A stretch of DNA of 64,000 bases. It comes from an uncultured delta proteobacterium. GTDB taxonomy: Bacteria > Desulfobacterota > Syntrophobacteria > Syntrophobacterales > Syntrophobacteraceae. This document shows, in pieces, positions 30,385 to 39,838 of the stretch. Where the stretch lies: assembly GCA_963808625.1 (NCBI GenBank), contig CAWEHK010000004.1:1-64000 (forward strand). Reading direction: 5' to 3'. How positions within the stretch are numbered: the stretch's first letter is position 1; every line of letters starts with the position of its first letter. The notes under the pieces were generated by a model. It had not been told where the DNA came from. It made no database searches and saw only the letters and a list, made by a program, of their open reading frames with translations. A program made the position numbers and the translations under genes.

Positions 30385-32846
30385 TCACCAGCTCCCCGTT
30401 GCAGGATTGATCGAGCCGAGCGATCCCATACCATGAAGGCTGCCCAGAGAGCCGATTCCCAGGAGATTGAGCGAAACCAGGAAGCGGTTGTCACCCGCCT
30501 CCCTCTGAAAGATGAAACCAATTCCCCAACAACCGCGGATGTACCTGATGCCGTAAGCCTGGTTGAAGAGCTCCTGCTTATCGAAGGAATAGTCGTGATA
30601 GGTAGTGAGGTAGACATTGGACAGCAGCTTCAGGCCCACTTCGGCGATGACTTCGTCAATGGCGAAACCGTTACGATATTGATAGCCCAAGCGCAGGAGC
30701 TGGCCACGGCCGCTATCGAAACTCATAATGAAATCCTGCTGCTTCGACCGGCCCTCATCGGGAAGCAAAATGGCATCATAGGTCAGCGTCAGGTAGCTTT
30801 TGGGCATCAAGTCCAGGCGCAGGGAGAGGTCGGCAAGGCCCGTTTTGGGTTCGGGATTTAACAACGGGTCAAGCGGTGGTTCCTCAATGTTAAACTGTTG
30901 CAGGGCTTCAAACCTCACCGCTTCCCGGAAGCTGGTGACAGGGTTGTCTTCAGCATCTTTTCGGGTTTCCTTGGTGGTCAGAAAGGTCGAAAAGCCGAAA
31001 AGCACGTCATGACGCGCCTGGTCCTTATCCAACTGGCTGAAGCTCGGGATGTTTTCATGGTTGACCTCGGGTACGTATTCATAAATGAACTCAGGCCTTA
31101 TGGCATGCTGAACGGCCTGGTAATCGCCAACATTCATGGGATAGACGCGATTCAGGCGACTGCTTAATTCCAGGCGCAAATCGGAGAGCAGTCTTCCCTG
31201 CAGGGAGTTGCGCGAATTGTCCTGCCAGTCCACCAGGTAAGTGGTGGAACGCACCCCGGCCGATGGTTCCACATCCAGGAAGGAATTCCAGTGGAGGGGA
31301 TAGGCCAGGCGTGGAAAGAGGTCCACTCTGTTTCCCTTGGTCCCTTCAGAGCGCCAGTAGTCGGTCCAGGAACTTTCCATGGTGTAGTATAAAGGCAAAC
31401 CATCGATCCATGTAGGGGATGGCGTTGAAGCCAAGCGACGGAAGCCTTTGCAGAGTCAGGTCTCGCAGCGCCTTGTCAGTCTGGTCCCAGTAGCGGGTAT
31501 CCAGACTGAGCACGGTGGCTTCCGTGGGGCGCTCCAGATAAAGGGTGGATTCTCGACTCGAAACGGTGTTGTCATTGAGAATGCCGCGCCCGAATCGCTG
31601 CCGGAAAATGCTGTTGGAATGGTCATACGACGTAGAACCGTCCGACAAATTCCTTTAAGTAGTTGGAATCGCTGACCACATCGACATCGAGCTTGGCGCT
31701 GATCTGGCTGGGAAGATTCAGGTTATAGCGGGAACGCACCCAGAAGCGATTTCTGGTTTCCAGGGGATAGCCCTGCTCCGCCTCGTAAGCAGCATCTGCC
31801 TGGTCATTCAAGTAGTTGAACTGTAACGTCCCTTCCCCGAACTTCTCATTATTCAGGCGGTATTCCAGGCCGCTCATCCAGCCTCTTTTCTGCATCATGC
31901 GCCCGTAGAAAGTGGCATCCATATCCTGGCGGATCGCCCAGTAGAAAGGCAATTCGCCTTCGACGCCGTTGAGCGTAGACATGCCAAACCAGGGAAGCAA
32001 CAATCCCGACTGCCGCTCCTGCTTAACCGGCAGACCCAGCAAGGGGGTGTAGAGCAGGGGAACCTTGCGCGCCCAAAACGAGGTGTGCTTGATCCACGCA
32101 TAGCCACCCATCTCCACTTCCATGTGGCCGTACCTGATCTTCCAGTCGGCATCCGCGGGATTGCAGCTGGTGAGGAAGCCGTCCTTCAGGTCATAGGTAT
32201 TGGGGCCTGTCTTGGTAATGGATTTCCCCTCCACGTAAAAATGGTTTTCCGCAAAATAGACCATTCCGCCGTCCACCCAACCGGTTTCCGAGTCCAGGTT
32301 CCAGATGACGTGGTCGCCCTGAAGCCAGTTATTGCCGAATCGCATCAGGACCTTCCCTTTGAGCTCAACCTGCTGCTTCTGCGTGTCCAGGAGCGCCCAA
32401 TCCGCCTGGATTGAACGTTCCACGGAAGTCACCCGGACATTCTCGTCTGCTTCGTACACCTTCTTTTCGTAATCGTAAATGATCGTGCCCGCTTCCACCG
32501 TCCAGGTGTCTTGCGTGGAACTGATAAAGGTTTTCTGACTCAGCCCGCTTTTCAGTGTGGCGTCCGTGGCGGCGAGCCCGGGATTGCCGTGAAAGCATAG
32601 CAGGAAGGACCAGAAGCAAAGCGCAAGAAGCTTGGTGAGTGATGAAAAGCGGTTGATGGTTGATGAAAGGCGGTTGATGGTTGATGGTTGATGGTTGATG
32701 AAAGGCGGTTGATGGTTGATGGTTGATGGTTGATAAGTGCGGACCAATGATTCATGGGGAGGCACGCTTTGAGGGTGAGCCCCTTGGGGATGACGCGCAC
32801 GTGGCGTTTCGGCATGCCCCTTGGTCAGCCGGGGTAAAATGGCCAT
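30385..32846 (-). CDS. lptD: LPS-assembly protein LptD (frameshifts near 31630 and 31430; start uncertain)
   Basis: OstA-like N-domain, FLTSCNP, ERQSGLLLP, PFYWAI, C-terminal CWG and LNLLGIG beta-barrel end. Confidence 0.85.
32640..32735. repeat. Heptamer tandem repeat (GGTTGAT)n
   Basis: ggttgatggttgatggttgat...; translates as HQPSTIN repeats on the minus strand. Confidence 0.9.
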
Positions 32847-33025
32847 ATTCGTCGTCTTTCGCTGGCGATGACAACTGGTCGAACGACGCATGCAGCGGTC
32901 GAAGAAAAGCGCGCAATAATCACTATTGCTCTTCCTGATTTCCGTCTTCCGACTTCCCACCTTCGATTTCTGCCTTCTAATCTCCGCCTTCCGGTTCCTG
33001 ACCTCTGTTTCCTGACTTCTGTGTC

Positions 33026-34567
33026 CTATAGTGGACTGGCTTGCGAACTGTCACTCTTAAATTCGCGCGGCGGCACGGAGATCGCGGAGAAAGGCTTCGG
33101 ACAGAAATATCCTTGCGTCCTCTGCGGCTCTGCGCGAATTAATGAGACATTTAAACCTTTACGACAATAACTTCTGACTCCCGACTTCCGTCTCCTGACT
33201 CCTGACTTCTGTCTCCCGACTCCTGACTCCGTCTCCGACTCCTGACTCCTGTCTCCTGACTCCTGACTCCTGTAATAACCTGTCGGTTCCCCGAAGAGCT
33301 CCTTGATTTCGCCGGCGAAGTAAAGCGAGCCCGTAATGCAGATCACATCTTCCGGGGCCGCAAGGGATTGCGCCTGTTGGATGGCCAATTTCGGGTCCGG
33401 AACAACATATTGTTTGTGGATGTAGGGTTTTCCAAGCTGCCTCAGCAGCTCCGGGTCAGCTCTTCGCCCATATTTGGGCTGGGTAAATATGGCGGTCTCG
33501 GCATGCGGCAGCAGTCGGCTAAGGATACCGCGGATGTTTTTGTCCGCCATGATCCCCAGAACCAGGTGCAGGCGGCGCTTGGGGAAGAATTGTTTCAAGG
33601 CCTCACGCAAGCACTCAGCCCCCTGCGGATTATGGGCTCCGTCGAGGACGATGAGCGGCTTTTGCTGCAGGATCTCGAGTCGAGCCGGCCAGGAAACCTG
33701 AAGCAGGCCCTCCTCAATGACTCCAGGGTTCAGACTCAAGGCACCCTGCCTTTCCAGGACTTCGAGCGTGGCGATAGCGAGGGCCGCGTTACAGAACTGA
33801 TGCCAGCCCACAAGGTTGAGTTCCAGCGACGGGAAGCGCCGTCTCAGCCCCTGATAGCGCATGAACCCATCGGTATTGCGCCTCACCCGAAAGTCTTTCC
33901 CGAGGCGAAAGAGGGGCGCCTCCCGGCGCAGACAGGTAGCTTTGAGAATCGCCTGCACCAGCGGTTGACGGGTGCCGGTGACAACCGGGACCTGATGCTT
34001 GATAATCCCCGCTTTCTCGCGAGCAATGGCTGCCAGGGTTTTTCCCAGATACTCTTCATGGTCGAACGAGATGTTCGTGATCACGCTGACCTCAGGTCGG
34101 ATCACATTGGTGGCATCCAGCCGCCCCCCCATCCCGACCTCCACAATGGCCCAGTCCACCTCCTCTTCCGCGAAATATTGAAACGCCATGGCCGTTACGA
34201 TTTCGAAGAAGGTGGGCGGCTCCGCATCATCGACAACCTGTCGGACGCGGCCGTAAACCTCCAGGATGCGCTCGGGAGACACCTCCTCGTCGTTGATGCG
34301 GAACCGTTCGGTGAACCGCACCAGGTGGGGTGAGGTATAGAGGCCGACACGCAAGCCGTGCCGTTTCAGAATGGCGGACAGCATGGCCGCCGTGGACCCC
34401 TTGCCGTTGGTCCCGGCAACGTGGATGCAGCGCAGGCGATGATGAGGGTTCCCCAGGCGGCTGAGAAGGTTATCCGTGCAATTCAGGCCGAACTTGATGC
34501 CATACTTCTGGAGACCAAAAAGGTAATCGATGGATTCCTGATACCGGGATAAAAATGTGCTCTCCAT
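33026..34567 (-). CDS. folC: Bifunctional folylpolyglutamate/dihydrofolate synthase
   Basis: IHVAGTNGKGST, YTSPHL, EVGMGGRLDATN, LDGAHNP, TGSLY; the tail after ~33280 runs through repeats. Confidence 0.95.
   Translation of the reverse strand: MESTFLSRYQESIDYLFGLQKYGIKFGLNCTDNLLSRLGNPHHRLRCIHVAGTNGKGSTAAMLSAILKRHGLRVGLYTSPHLVRFTERFRINDEEVSPERILEVYGRVRQVVDDAEPPTFFEIVTAMAFQYFAEEEVDWAIVEVGMGGRLDATNVIRPEVSVITNISFDHEEYLGKTLAAIAREKAGIIKHQVPVVTGTRQPLVQAILKATCLRREAPLFRLGKDFRVRRNTDGFMRYQGLRRRFPSLELNLVGWHQFCNAALAIATLEVLERQGALSLNPGVIEEGLLQVSWPARLEILQQKPLIVLDGAHNPQGAECLREALKQFFPKRRLHLVLGIMADKNIRGILSRLLPHAETAIFTQPKYGRRADPELLRQLGKPYIHKQYVVPDPKLAIQQAQSLAAPEDVICITGSLYFAGEIKELFGEPTGYYRSQESGDRSQESETESGVGRQKSGVRRRKSGVRSYCRKGLNVSLIRAEPQRTQGYFCPKPFSAISVPPREFKSDSSQASPL
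33172..33270. repeat. Heptamer tandem repeat (TCCTGAC)n
   Basis: ctcctgactcctgacttctgtctcccgactcctgac... Confidence 0.9.
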
Positions 34568-35213
34568 TCCTGTTTTCCCTGAAACCGCTCATTGAAAGAT
34601 CGCGAAGAAATCTCACGCTCCCTCTTACCACACTTTGGGAAGACAAAAAATGGAGAAGTAAACCGGTAACATTCTCCTCTCAGGCAAAGACTTCTATTCG
34701 CGGATTTTCGTGCCGGGCGGCAGTGAATGTTGTTGAAATCAGCGGGAGACTCGCGGAGGGGAAGACCTGGAGAGCGGGAGACACAGCGCGGCATAGCCAC
34801 AACCAAAACTGGGTGGAAATTTTAACGATACCAACAGGTTCCAAAGAAAATCTTGTCAAATAAACAAGAAACTCGGCATTAGTATCACAGAGAGGGGAAG
34901 ACGGGGAGACACGAACAGTTGTTCAATCGGACAGGGTTAAACCCCAAATGCATCAAGCTGCCACACTGCCCTGAAGGGTTTCCTGGATTAGGTCTTTTTG
35001 CCCTGAAGGGGCTCCATAACTTAGCCCAGGGTCAGCGCTGGCGCCACCCTGGGTAACCAGGCACAACAACAATATCTACCCCGAAGGGGTTATATAAAAC
35101 ACGCCATCACAATGATTTGCCCAACCTTTTCATCACCTCAGCTCTTGTCGGGGCGGGCTTTAAGCCCGCCCGACGCTCCACAGGTTTCTGTAATGAATGT
35201 TTTTGGACGATTT

Positions 35214-36317
35214 CTAAGGGATCTTCTTTTTGAGCTGCTGAATCACAATGCTCGTAATGTTGTTGGTTTCGTTGAGCTCATCCACGGCCTTGCCAGCATC
35301 TACATAAACGAGGATGTATTTGCCATAAATGGCCGTCGAGAAAGTTTGGTCGAAGGTCAGGGTTTGGCTTTTTCCGCCGCCGAGACCATCCAATGGAAAT
35401 TCCTTGAATGGAGTCTTGGCTGGAGTAGTTCCATTTGTGGACAGATAGAAGCTTACGGTGAAGGGTCCGGCCGGCAGGATGCCGACGTTGCTCACCTCGA
35501 ATTCCATGTGGATTTGCCCGCCGCCTTTGGCAAATTCGTATTTCTGAACCCTGCCGATCAGGTCAGGATCATCACCGACTCTGATCTCGATAGTCTCCGA
35601 GGTTGCGTTGCAGTCCATATCATCGAGGACTTTGACCTTGGCGTAATAGACTCCGTCCTTGGTGTAAGGGTACGCGAGGGTGTTTTTGTTAGTTTTTTTA
35701 TCGGTAACGTTGTCGTCATTGACGTCCCACAAATACTTGACAATCTTGCCATCGGGATCTTTGGCACTGCAGGTGAAAGTCACCTTCAGAGGGGCAGGAC
35801 CGGAGATTGGGGTGGCTGTAAAGGAAGTGATTACAGGACACTTGTTCTCGAACTCGCAGACGAAGGGATAAGCAGCAGAAAAGTTCCTAGGCGGTCCCCA
35901 ATCATACCAGAGCCCGTTAGTTGCCCCCATTGCTAAATAATTCTCCCCAGGATGACTATTATCAGGGTAGCCGGCCCACCAATTTGTATAATCCCATGCC
36001 TCACCCGTCACCCACTTCCAGTCGCCTTCCTTCTTTTTATCCGTTCCGCCTAGCCAAATGTCGTCTTGGGCTTGAAGATAGACGAGTTCATTGAGAACAA
36101 AGCCATTCTCATTGGAAGAGGTGATGGTCGCGAGGTAACCCCCCAGACTTTCACATTTGTAGGTTGCCCCATCCCAGGGCAACGGCGAGTCGATCCGTTG
36201 ATAGAAGTGACCGTTGTCCGGAAACTGCACCTTCTCGGAGTCGGCATAAGACAACCCGCACAGCCCCAAAATCGCCAGAGCAACCAACAGACCACAGAAC
36301 AACTTTCGGCATCGCAT
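35214..36317 (-). CDS. Secreted C-type lectin + PKD + CARDB protein
   Basis: Signal peptide; CESLGGYLATITS, WLGGTD, WKWVTGE, FVCEFE; PKD (YLWDVND, YTKDGVYYAK); CARDB-like VDELNETNN. Confidence 0.85.
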   Translation of the reverse strand: MRCRKLFCGLLVALAILGLCGLSYADSEKVQFPDNGHFYQRIDSPLPWDGATYKCESLGGYLATITSSNENGFVLNELVYLQAQDDIWLGGTDKKKEGDWKWVTGEAWDYTNWWAGYPDNSHPGENYLAMGATNGLWYDWGPPRNFSAAYPFVCEFENKCPVITSFTATPISGPAPLKVTFTCSAKDPDGKIVKYLWDVNDDNVTDKKTNKNTLAYPYTKDGVYYAKVKVLDDMDCNATSETIEIRVGDDPDLIGRVQKYEFAKGGGQIHMEFEVSNVGILPAGPFTVSFYLSTNGTTPAKTPFKEFPLDGLGGGKSQTLTFDQTFSTAIYGKYILVYVDAGKAVDELNETNNITSIVIQQLKKKIP

Positions 36318-36585
36318 GATTTTCCCCCTCTTGAAACGTGTTGGACTGAACTGAAAGGTTCCGATACTTGGACAAAAAAGTGAACGCACTTTGTATCATG
36401 CCTTCGCAAATGTCAACCTCCTTGTGCCGACTTTCGCATGGATTTCTTGTCCGCAATCATCGCTGATTCCAGTTTATGACAGAGCGCCGTTGAGCCAGTT
36501 GACCATGCTGCTTGACCATGTTAAAAATTCTCGAAATTTATGGATACCCAATTTTAGCGATGTTGAGGGTCCGGTCACCGATCCG

Positions 36586-36655
36586 GGCGGGCGTAAAGCC
36601 CGCCCCTACGAGAGGCTGGCCAACCCACTCAGGGGGCGGGTTTATCCCCGCCCGC
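36586..36655. repeat. GTAG-type REP doublet
   Basis: gggcgggcgtaaagcccgcccctac and gggggcgggtttatccccgcccg; similar hairpins at ~35148, ~44478-44562 and ~55362. Confidence 0.7.
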
Positions 36656-36725
36656 GAAGAATCGGGGATTCTCCCACCCCGTGCAATGGAATCGCTCAAT
36701 TTAGAGGATAGTGAGGTCCTGTGTG

Positions 36726-36968
36726 ATGGAAGCCGTGCCCATTTCAAAGTTCAAGGCAACCTGCCTGGCTCTTTTGGATAGAGTGAAGCGGGCAGGACAG
36801 CCGATAACCATAACCCGAAAGGGTGAGCCCATTGCCCGGGTGATTCCCCCTCCGCCTCCCGAGAAGCCCGAATCCTGGTTGGGATTGTTTCGAGCCACCT
36901 GGAAGATTGAGGGAGACATTATTTCCCCGCTGATGGATGCACAGGAATGGGAGGTTCTGCAGCGGTGA
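36726..36968 (+). CDS. Phd/YefM antitoxin
   Basis: MEAVPISKFKATCLALLDRV...ITITRKGEPIARV. Confidence 0.9.
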   Translation: MEAVPISKFKATCLALLDRVKRAGQPITITRKGEPIARVIPPPPPEKPESWLGLFRATWKIEGDIISPLMDAQEWEVLQR

Positions 36969-37035
36969 GACTCCTCCTGGATACCCACATTTGGATATGG
37001 AGTCTCCAGAAACCTGCTCATATCACGAGGCAAGT
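36965..37035 (+). pseudogene. Truncated VapC PIN toxin
   Basis: GTG overlapping the antitoxin stop: MRLLLDTHIWIWSL; similarity ends at a MITE-like element. Confidence 0.7.
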
Positions 37036-37183
37036 ATACTCGTTTAGGCTGAGAACCTTCATTGTGGCACACTTGGGAATTAACCGCAGAGCACGCTGAG
37101 ATCGCAGAGAAAACCAATGATTCTCTCTGCGGCCTCTGTGTCCTCTGCGGTGGGAAAATAAACATTTGAACCTTAACGAGTAT
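37036..37183. mobile_element. MITE-like element with ATACTCG termini and CGCAGAG internal hairpin (related copy ~38437-38572)
   Basis: Left end atactcgtttagg, right end ccttaacgagtat; internal cgcagag...ctctgcg palindrome. Confidence 0.6.
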
Positions 37184-37210
37184 CGCTGCACAACTGGAAA
37201 ACCCGTCTAA

Positions 37211-38224
37211 GTGAAAATGACATCTGCATATCAAACGCTTTTACTCATCACTCATCACTCATCACTCATTACTTCATTCCGCACAACACCCCCGCGATGG
37301 CTCCAACCTGCTCTGGTCTTTCTCCTGCTTCTTTCGCTTCCCGCCATCCTTGGGGCCGACACCGGCCAGGGTCGTTTTTTCCTGATGGGCGACGGCAAGC
37401 TGCAGATCAAGAATATGCACACCGGGCGGGAAGCGACCGCGACCCTGGTCAACCCTGATGGCTCCCTGAACGAAGAGGGGTTTGCCAAGATCGATGAAGT
37501 GTTTGAGTTCCCGACCAGGGAGAAAGACGAACACATCTCACCGCGGCTGCTGTTCATGCTCGACTATTTTTCCGACCTGGTTGCCCCGGGCAAGCTGATC
37601 AAAATGGAGTCAGGCTACCGCAGTCCTGATTACAATACGACGCTCAGGGACAAGGGCGGCAATGTAGCGAAGGCGAGTATCCACATGGACGGGATGGCGC
37701 TCGATTTCGCCATCGACGGGGTGAACGGCAAGAAACTGTGGGAGCTCATCAAGAGCAAGGATTGCTGCGGCATCGGTCACTACGGCGGGGCGAGCGTCCA
37801 CCTCGATGCCGCAAGGCCGAGGTTCTGGGAGGCTGCGACCTCGAAGGTGAGAACCGGAGAGAGTGACTACAACCGGTACATTTATCTGTCCACGGACTAT
37901 GACCGGTACCGGGCCGGGGACATGGTGCGGCTGTCTTTTTGTTCGGTAAGTGATTTCGGCTTTGGGATCAAGCGCAACGTGGCCCTGGTCGATGATTCCG
38001 GCGGCAACAACACGATCACGAAGGCCCCGATCAAAGCACCGGAGGGCACCGACTGCATCGCCATACCCGATAGAAAGGCATCGCACTTCATTACCCTGAC
38101 GCTGCCCGCTAATTTGCGCGAAGGCAAATACCGGATTCGAGTCGATTTTTGTCGGAGGCCCTTCGAGCAGATGCCAGTCAAGACCGTATCGAACGAAATC
38201 GAACTTCTGAGGCCTGCGCCCTGA
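37211..38224 (+). CDS. YcbK/DUF882 (peptidase M15-like) protein with C-terminal extension; start uncertain
   Basis: ISPRLLFMLD, SGYRSPDYN, AKASIHMDGMALDF, VHLDA. Confidence 0.85.
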   Translation: MKMTSAYQTLLLITHHSSLITSFRTTPPRWLQPALVFLLLLSLPAILGADTGQGRFFLMGDGKLQIKNMHTGREATATLVNPDGSLNEEGFAKIDEVFEFPTREKDEHISPRLLFMLDYFSDLVAPGKLIKMESGYRSPDYNTTLRDKGGNVAKASIHMDGMALDFAIDGVNGKKLWELIKSKDCCGIGHYGGASVHLDAARPRFWEAATSKVRTGESDYNRYIYLSTDYDRYRAGDMVRLSFCSVSDFGFGIKRNVALVDDSGGNNTITKAPIKAPEGTDCIAIPDRKASHFITLTLPANLREGKYRIRVDFCRRPFEQMPVKTVSNEIELLRPAP

Positions 38225-38789
38225 TTATTGCGCAGCACGTCCTCCCTACTCGGTTCCGCACGGCAAAATAAAGTGTCCATTATCCCCGGTCGTCATTCTC
38301 GCATGCTTTTGGAAACTATCTCAAAATGGTCAAGACACTCTCAATCGTCATTCCGGCGAATGCCGGAATTCAGGATTTCCGTGGGGTTCTGGACCCCGGC
38401 TTCCGCCGGGGTGACGATATGAGCCGGTCTTGAGATATACTTATTTAGCTTGAGAAGTTGCCGTTTTTCCCTCACGCAGAGACGCGGAGACCGCGGAGAA
38501 AAGCCCTTGGTATAAAACTCTGCGTCCTCTGCGTCTCCGCGTGAAAATGAAGCTTTTGAACCTTCGCGAGTATAGTTTCTTGGTACAGCTCCGCACAATG
38601 AAGTGATCGAAATACTGCACGTAATTCCCGCATGCTTTTGGCGGGAATCCAGGAGAAAAAACTGGATGCCCGCCTTCGCGGGCATGACGACTGGAATTCG
38701 GACACTCATTTATGCTGCTCCATACTCAATAGCCTCACTGCACCACTTTCCCGACCCTGCCGAACCCTGATCCCTGAGGATGAACAGGA

Positions 38790-39125
38790 TCAGTCGCTGT
38801 TCTTCTTCAGCAAGGCTTCGAGCCCGGCGAACGGCTTGAACGTGGAGCGTGGCTCCTGGTCATCACCGGGCGTCACGTCGTCATACCATTCCCCGTCCAG
38901 CGACCGCGAGTGCTCATTGTCGTGACAGTAGAGGCAGAGCAGTTCCCAGTTGCTGCCGTCGGGGGGATTGTTCCGGTGGTTGTGGTCCTTGTGATGGACG
39001 GTGAGTTCCTTCAACCGCTTGCCGGTAAATTCACGCCCACACCGGGCACAGATCCACGGCAAAACCTTGAGCGCTCGCTCCCGATAGGTTTTTTCCAGCT
39101 CCGCCCGCGTATTCCTCGGCCCCAT
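38790..39125 (-). CDS. yajD: YajD-family HNH nuclease
   Basis: YRERALKVLPWICARCGREF, TVHHKDHNH, NWELLCLYCHDNEH. Confidence 0.93.
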   Translation of the reverse strand: MGPRNTRAELEKTYRERALKVLPWICARCGREFTGKRLKELTVHHKDHNHRNNPPDGSNWELLCLYCHDNEHSRSLDGEWYDDVTPGDDQEPRSTFKPFAGLEALLKKNSD

Positions 39126-39292
39126 GTGCCAACCCTCCAATGATCCGGTCTAGAAACAGCCTGATGGGGAAATATCCCGACGCAAATAATTCACCATCAC
39201 CTATCATCCCAGTATGCTGCGATGCAATTCAATTTAACCCAAAACTCACGTTTCCTCCAGCTCGGGAAACCCTCCCCTATACATCGAGCTGA

Positions 39293-39505
39293 TCTTTTTG
39301 CCCTGATAAGAGCCCAATGGATCAGCCCAAGGTCAGTGGCTGGTCTTTTTGCCCTGAAAGGGCTTAATAAATCAGCCCAGAGTCAGCGGCTGGTCTTTCT
39401 GCCATGAAAGGGGTTAATAGATCAACCCAGGATCAGCGGCTGGTCTTTTTGCCCTGAAAGGGCTCAATAGATCAGCCCAGGGTCAGCGATAGCGCCACCC
39501 TGGGG
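39293..39505. repeat. Four tandem ~50-bp REP-like units (related single copy ~34993-35055)
   Basis: Units start at 39293, 39344, 39394 and 39444: tctttttgccctgaaagggc...atcagcccagggtcagcggctgg. Confidence 0.85.
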
Positions 39506-39838
39506 ATGATGGCGCCAGCAAAAGTAATTACCCTGAAGGGGTTACATAAAGAATGCCCACACGGCGCCTTGTTCAGGCCTAAACACTTCCGATGCACGAG
39601 AAGGGAACAAGTATGATGCTGCGATGTTTCGCCTCCAAACGCTAAAGCATATCTGGTAGAACTAACTCTGTTGATCTCGGCCAGCCGGAAGATCGAGAGC
39701 GGATTCGCCCATGGGCGTCTTCCGGTTGACGCTGATGCGGTTAACAGGAGCCACGGCTGCGAACCCGCCGCAGCCTGAGGCAACACCTAATCAGGATAAT
39801 GCTCGATCCGTGATGTCGAAGAGGACACGTAAGCCCCC

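Noticed and set aside
39293..39505. Possible CRISPR array
   Set aside because: Units are similar along their whole length, with no unique spacers and no cas genes.
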